A program made the translations under genes and the position numbers. Shown piece by piece: positions 59,162 to 64,000 of a stretch of 64,000 bases of DNA (its first letter is position 1; the number at the start of each line of letters is the position of its first letter). Where the stretch lies: the IMG/VR virus record IMGVR_UViG_3300028045_000001, positions 62,001 through 126,000 of that record; one strand, given 5' to 3'. The notes under the pieces were generated by a model that did no database searches, was not told the origin of the DNA, and saw nothing but the letters and a program-made list of their open reading frames with translations.

Positions 59162-61254
59162 ACATGTTTCTAAATGAAATACTTTCTAGTATCGATGACA
59201 ACCATGATAATAAGGGCGATCTTGCTGCTGCCGGTGCGACAGCTATTGGGCGCAAGATCACAAAAACGGTAAATCAATGGACTGCCCACAACAACCTTGA
59301 CGGGACAGTAGGGACGTATCAAGTACCAGCTGTAAACTCTGCACTTGATGAGCACACACTCGAATCAATAGGGGTCGAAGCCATAGATGCGCTTGTAAAA
59401 TCCTGTGATATCACATCTGGTTCCCTCCAGGCAAAGAAACTTGTTGCTATCGATATTGCAAAGAATGCTGTCTGTTCTGGACCGGACATCATGTCTCTCC
59501 AAAATATGATGGACCCTATGAACTCGGAAGTTCAGTTTACTGATCCTGGGACACTATCATTCTTCCCAAGCTCTGTCCCCGATGCACATGCATTTGGTTC
59601 GGATATCGATAAGGTATCATCCGATTTACGTCTCACACTTTCAGTGGACATTATGTCATTTCATAATCGAATTGCCCACAGGTTGATGCACGTTAAACCA
59701 ACTCCAGATGCAATCATTCGCTATCGAAAAGTGAAAGCAGTGGTCTTCAACAACCAGGATATGGATGCTGCCACGATGGAGCTTGTGGATCTGTATGAAG
59801 ATGCATCGATCGTTAGTCCTACGCTTCCCAAAGTTATTCCACGGACAGCGAATGGTGCTCCAGAAGAGGGATACATAGAGCCAGGTTCAGATGATCTGTT
59901 TAAACTATCGATTGATGCTTCCAAGCCAGGGTACTCCTCTTACAATCGACAGGACACTATTGCTGATGGTGCCTTCATTGATAAGGTCAAGTGGGAAATT
60001 GGCCCAGATGCCGCTGGTCGATCTGATATGATCTATACCGTGGGTAAAGCGCGGGGCAAGCTTGGATTTACCACAAACTCCGAAGCATCTATGCGTACGC
60101 TATTCTTTGAGACCGACATCATTGTCGACAAAACAACAGAAGATGCCAGTGGTACTGCTGCTGCAGCTTTTGCTGGCATCCATGCGGATGACCAACTGGT
60201 AATTAAGTTGACACTCACTGTGAGACTTCACCTTCGCACCGGCGACATAAATACTACCGGAAGCGTTGCTGCAGTTAAAGTGGAAAAGAAGGGTGGGGGC
60301 ATAGCACAGCCGAGTTCTACTACCGCTCTAGAGGCTATCCAAACAGGCGTGGCGTTTACGAAAATATCTTCATATGCGATTGATGCAAGATTCTCAGAAG
60401 AAAATCTTCGAAAATCTTCTATTGAGATTGAAGCGATCCATTCCGAACTTGCTTACAACCTTCCAACTGGAGTTAACTACTTTTACAGCGAACCACTCAT
60501 GGGGAAAAAGAAAGATGACCGAGCGGTTGAGCTGCTGACTTCAATCATTGGGATCGGCCAGGATAAGAAAGTTGCAGGCGAGATCGAGCAGGTACTTAAT
60601 GATATCACGTCCGCTATTACTGTTACAGACGATAGTTACTCACACAATGGTGCTGGTACAAGCTATGCAGCCGGATCACTGGTACGGCCATTTGTATATA
60701 CTGGAAATATTGACTGTAACGATTTCAAAACACATGAAATCTCAAATCTGCCATATGATGTTAAACAATTTGTTATGACAACAATTGGAAATGTTCTGGA
60801 CAGAATTCATGCGACCAGTTTCTTTCCGCAACAGCTGGCAGGAAGAGCTCCCACATATAAGGTGCTAACTTCCGGGGACATCATCTCCAAGCTTTTCTCT
60901 CAGCCACGGATGGCAATTGCAGGACAACCGGACAAGTCCACCACTCTTGAGGGTGGATCTTCGTACAGACTGGAACTTCCAAATGGAGCCATCATTGAAC
61001 TTCATGCATCTACCCAGGCAGAGCATGCAGATAAAATTATCGGTATCCCATATGTGAGCGATCCAAATTCTGAACTTAACTTCGGAGCAAATTGGACATT
61101 CGGCATTGCAGTGGCCCATTATGTAAAGACTGGCGCGGCTGTTGCAAAACGCATTGTTGCTAACTCAAGGGAGGCATTCATTCCTACGAACCCACTTGGA
61201 TTCCTATTGAGTGTACGTAACCTTGATGATATTCTAAGTAACTACAAGGACTAG
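59158..61254 (+). CDS. Major capsid protein (phiKZ gp120/EL-type)
   Basis: 698 aa; position after helicase + gp119-like gene; AFG..DK...DLRLTL.V.IM.FH, DARFSEENLRK, C-terminal ELNFG...F...VAHY......RIVAN.RE..IPTNPLG..L.V patterns. Confidence 0.78.
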   Translation: MNMFLNEILSSIDDNHDNKGDLAAAGATAIGRKITKTVNQWTAHNNLDGTVGTYQVPAVNSALDEHTLESIGVEAIDALVKSCDITSGSLQAKKLVAIDIAKNAVCSGPDIMSLQNMMDPMNSEVQFTDPGTLSFFPSSVPDAHAFGSDIDKVSSDLRLTLSVDIMSFHNRIAHRLMHVKPTPDAIIRYRKVKAVVFNNQDMDAATMELVDLYEDASIVSPTLPKVIPRTANGAPEEGYIEPGSDDLFKLSIDASKPGYSSYNRQDTIADGAFIDKVKWEIGPDAAGRSDMIYTVGKARGKLGFTTNSEASMRTLFFETDIIVDKTTEDASGTAAAAFAGIHADDQLVIKLTLTVRLHLRTGDINTTGSVAAVKVEKKGGGIAQPSSTTALEAIQTGVAFTKISSYAIDARFSEENLRKSSIEIEAIHSELAYNLPTGVNYFYSEPLMGKKKDDRAVELLTSIIGIGQDKKVAGEIEQVLNDITSAITVTDDSYSHNGAGTSYAAGSLVRPFVYTGNIDCNDFKTHEISNLPYDVKQFVMTTIGNVLDRIHATSFFPQQLAGRAPTYKVLTSGDIISKLFSQPRMAIAGQPDKSTTLEGGSSYRLELPNGAIIELHASTQAEHADKIIGIPYVSDPNSELNFGANWTFGIAVAHYVKTGAAVAKRIVANSREAFIPTNPLGFLLSVRNLDDILSNYKD

Positions 61255-61296
61255 TGACAAGGTCACAGCATAAAGAAATGATGCATGTTTATTGAT

Positions 61297-61334
61297 GAGA
61301 CAACCAGCTTCCCATATGGGAAGCTGGTTGTCTC
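61297..61334 (+). terminator. Perfect 38-bp loopless palindrome (centre CATATG) after capsid gene, followed by T-tract
   Basis: GAGACAACCAGCTTCCCAT|ATGGGAAGCTGGTTGTCTC then CCTTTTTT. Confidence 0.88.
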
Positions 61335-61414
61335 CCTTTTTTATTATAGGTACCGCATCTGGTGAAATCCAGCTACTGCCCGTTGAGTTTCTTTTGTTCT
61401 TCAATAATTTTTGG

Positions 61415-61425
61415 TTATATATAAC
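61415..61425 (+). promoter_or_regulatory. One-mismatch promoter variant TTATATATAAC upstream of SDR pair
   Basis: 10/11 match to the 8-copy motif, at similar distance from an AGGAGG RBS. Confidence 0.45.
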
Positions 61426-61474
61426 TAACACGAGTAGTATTATTTATTAATCCAACTTATTAGGAGGTATCACC

Positions 61475-62188
61475 ATGAACAAAAAGAAAGTAGCTATTGT
61501 CGCAGGGACAGAAAAGTATGGGGCACATACTATCGGCAATGCCATAAGGGAAGCACTGTCGTTTAAATACGATGTGATAACGGTTGGCCGCTATGGTGGG
61601 GATATTGAGGTAGAAATATCAAGGGGAAATTATTTGAAATTACTGGATGCCATCGTCGATAAGTTAGATGGCAGGCATGTGGCGCTGTTAGTTAACTCAA
61701 TGGCTACAAACGAAGATGACTTATTAATCGAGGAGAATCTATTCCCCTATACAATACTGTACGATGTGCTGACAGACAATGGATTGTTCGGGAACAATAT
61801 AGTGGGCTTCCAGGAGTCCACTGAACCTAAGGCACACAGTGTGATTAACATTGGGGGCCTTAGTGCATATATGGTGGGTAGAGGGAAAAGGAACCACACC
61901 ATACTAAAGGCAGCTATTGATGGGTTTACCAAAAGTATAGCTGCACAGGGGGTGCGATGTAACACTATATCTCCGGATCGCGTTATGGCTCATTACGAAA
62001 TAACGGAGGGATCGGAAAAAGAGTTCGTGGAGAACTATCCAAAAGCGAGTGCCTGGAATCCTTTGGGCAAAGTACTTATGGCAAAGGACGTTGCAGAAGT
62101 GGTCGTCATGGTGGACAATTGCGCAGCTATCAATGGGCAAAATATATTGGTAGATTATGGACACTCTATCGTGCAGAAAGAATTTTAA
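61475..62188 (+). CDS. Short-chain dehydrogenase/reductase-fold protein 1 (catalytic Tyr replaced)
   Basis: KVAIVAG...IG, LLVNS, VINIG, HTILKAAIDGFTKSIAAQGVRCNTISP, DVAEVV...INGQNILVDYG. Confidence 0.8.
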   Translation: MNKKKVAIVAGTEKYGAHTIGNAIREALSFKYDVITVGRYGGDIEVEISRGNYLKLLDAIVDKLDGRHVALLVNSMATNEDDLLIEENLFPYTILYDVLTDNGLFGNNIVGFQESTEPKAHSVINIGGLSAYMVGRGKRNHTILKAAIDGFTKSIAAQGVRCNTISPDRVMAHYEITEGSEKEFVENYPKASAWNPLGKVLMAKDVAEVVVMVDNCAAINGQNILVDYGHSIVQKEF

Positions 62189-62257
62189 AGTTAGAAGCGC
62201 CCATAGTCATGCTGTACTCTGTTATTAACTTTTTTCGTATAAGGAGTAAAAAGGACC

Positions 62258-62974
62258 ATGCTAAACAAAAAGGTAGCTATAGTTACCGGTGCCTCAAAGA
62301 TGCGACCGAATATTATAAACAATGCCATAGGTAGGGCGTTGTCTGACAGGTACGATATAATAACGATAGATAAACATAGTGGAGATATTCAAATAGAGAT
62401 ATCCAGGGAGAATCAATTTGAGTTGTTGAATGCGATCAATGACAAATTGAAGGGTAGGCCAGTCTGGCTGCTAGTTAATGCAAACGCCATCCTTACATGC
62501 GACGAAAAACATCCGCCACATAATAAGTTATTTCCAAATCATAGCTTCCCTTACCTCATAATGTATGATATATTAATGAATAATGGATTATTCGTTAAAG
62601 CGGGATTTAAGCCGATACATAGTGTGATCAATATTAGAAGTGCATTTGCTGACGCCATTCAGAAAACCACTCATAATGACACTATGGTAAAGGCGGTAAT
62701 AAATGGGTTCACATATAAATTGGCAGCTGAGGGGGTGCGGTGCAATACTGTATCTATAGGGCCGGTTTTAATGAGGACTACTTCACAAAAATTGACGGAT
62801 GAAGAAATTAAAATGCTTTATCTTCAAATTAAAACATGTCCTCTAGATAGAACACTTATGCCGGAGGACGTTGGAGATGTGGTAGCTATGATAGATGCAT
62901 GTAAAGCTATCAGCGGGCAAAATATACGTGCCGATTATGGCCAACATGTATCCAACAATAACTTACATAGATAG
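62258..62974 (+). CDS. Short-chain dehydrogenase/reductase-fold protein 2 (catalytic Tyr replaced)
   Basis: KVAIVTGAS, LLVNANA, VINIRS, DTMVKAVINGFT..LAAEGVRCNTVSIG, PEDVGDVV...ISGQNIRADYG; tandem paralog. Confidence 0.8.
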   Translation: MLNKKVAIVTGASKMRPNIINNAIGRALSDRYDIITIDKHSGDIQIEISRENQFELLNAINDKLKGRPVWLLVNANAILTCDEKHPPHNKLFPNHSFPYLIMYDILMNNGLFVKAGFKPIHSVINIRSAFADAIQKTTHNDTMVKAVINGFTYKLAAEGVRCNTVSIGPVLMRTTSQKLTDEEIKMLYLQIKTCPLDRTLMPEDVGDVVAMIDACKAISGQNIRADYGQHVSNNNLHR

Positions 62975-63060
62975 AGAACTCGTACCTATGTATCGCCATA
63001 ATGGCGTAACGGAATCTGATATTAATTTACCACAGGTTGATAAAATAAGAGGTGAATACT

Positions 63061-63483
63061 GTGAAAGGAATTAAGCACAAGCATGACGACATTCGATTTC
63101 TAAAGGCAATCATAGAAGAAAATGCAATAGAAGAACATTGGTCATTTATTGATAAGTTGTTTTCTGAAATCATCAATAAGCGGCACGAGCTATTCTATGC
63201 GAAAAAGGCAGACCCAATTGAGTTTAACGTCACTATGTATTCTTCGGGCACGGATGGCTTTTTAGAATTATCATGTAAAATAATAGGGGTGCTGTATGAT
63301 AGCGAGTACAATAGCTCCAAATTATGTGTGGACATAGATGGGATTGTTTCGAGCTTGGACACAACTATGATCCTTTCTATAGATGGCACCCCATTCCATA
63401 AATGGCTTGGACAATGTCATTTAAAATTAATAGAAAGCATGAGAGCACAGTTGGACGAAGAAGTAGTTAACTTTTTTATATAA
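63061..63483 (+). CDS. Hypothetical protein (~140 aa)
   Basis: AGAGGTG RBS before GTG 63061 (ORF track 63052). Confidence 0.7.
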   Translation: MKGIKHKHDDIRFLKAIIEENAIEEHWSFIDKLFSEIINKRHELFYAKKADPIEFNVTMYSSGTDGFLELSCKIIGVLYDSEYNSSKLCVDIDGIVSSLDTTMILSIDGTPFHKWLGQCHLKLIESMRAQLDEEVVNFFI

Positions 63484-63520
63484 TTTAAAATCCATCTATT
63501 TAGTATAAAGGAGACTTGTT

Positions 63521-64000
63521 ATGAAGGACTTTACATCATTGGAGAATGAGCTACGCAGATCGGAAGAAGTAGTCTCAGAACATAAAGCTCAATTACTTGT
63601 GGCAGAAGAAGCACAGGTAATACTATTTGGACAGTTTAAGCTTCGGGAATATAAGTTATTTCGTGGTATCGTCAAATATTTTCTACTTAACGAATTTATT
63701 CGCGAGTGGACAATTACCACAAAGGTAAATGGCATTTATAAAACTATATCTGGGATAATGCTTGGTACAAGTACCGCAAATGAGTTGTATGTTCGCAATA
63801 CCGATGTCGCATGCACTTTCCCAACTTGGATACCGATGCACTCGATAACCACAATATCAGGATATAAGATACTCGATTGGATTAAACGATACTGTGAAGA
63901 AATCGAAATCCACAAAATGGCTCGAGCGATAGCGAACCGCCCCGTTCCAATTGGAACTAAGATCGCATATTGTTCAGGTAAGGATAAATTAAAATTCGTG
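63521..64000 (+). CDS. Hypothetical protein, truncated by window end (MKDFTSLENELRRSEE...)
   Basis: AAGGAG RBS, ATG 63521, open to the end of the window. Confidence 0.75.
   Translation, partial: MKDFTSLENELRRSEEVVSEHKAQLLVAEEAQVILFGQFKLREYKLFRGIVKYFLLNEFIREWTITTKVNGIYKTISGIMLGTSTANELYVRNTDVACTFPTWIPMHSITTISGYKILDWIKRYCEEIEIHKMARAIANRPVPIGTKIAYCSGKDKLKFV

Noticed and set aside
59158-61254. Chimallin (nuclear shell) call for the 698-aa ORF
   Set aside because: Position after the helicase and gp119-like gene, plus C-terminal motifs, fit the major capsid protein better
81-61334. Palindromes as a mobile REP/MITE family
   Set aside because: Arms share no sequence apart from the central hexamer in four cases; no transposase or target-site duplications seen
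1-64000. Stop-codon reassignment (seen in some jumbo phages)
   Set aside because: Conserved genes are full length in the standard code and end at TAA, TAG (gyrB, gyrA, gp149-like) and TGA (gp123-like, recA)

Overview
This is a 64-kb internal segment of an AT-rich, gene-dense phiKZ-like jumbo myovirus genome. Family assignments come from motif recognition and synteny recalled from phiKZ/SPN3US, not from database searches. Morphogenesis genes recognised: portal, tail tube, tail sheath, virion proteins, gp175-type prohead protease, large terminase and major capsid protein. Transcription genes: three split multisubunit RNAP pieces (gp149-, gp123- and gp176-like). Replication/recombination genes: DnaB-like helicase, RecA/UvsX, RuvC and SbcC/Rad50. 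Less usual cargo: a GyrB/GyrA-type type II topoisomerase, a DUF285/BspA repeat protein, an HU-like protein behind two tandem promoters, an active-ClpP plus catalytically dead ClpR-like pair coupled to the prohead protease, and two SDR paralogs lacking the catalytic Tyr. Non-coding structure: eight exact copies of TTATATATTAC on the + strand (early-promoter-like) and 19 long inverted repeats at gene junctions, nine of them perfect loopless palindromes of 32-44 bp. A ~600-nt promoter-to-hairpin region has no ORF of 60 aa or more. Four putative internal-head paralogs and the capsid N-terminus carry S-L-Q where phiKZ-type maturation sites are S/A/G-X-E. No tRNA, rRNA, CRISPR array, intron or intein was seen, and chimallin/PhuZ were not identified in this window.
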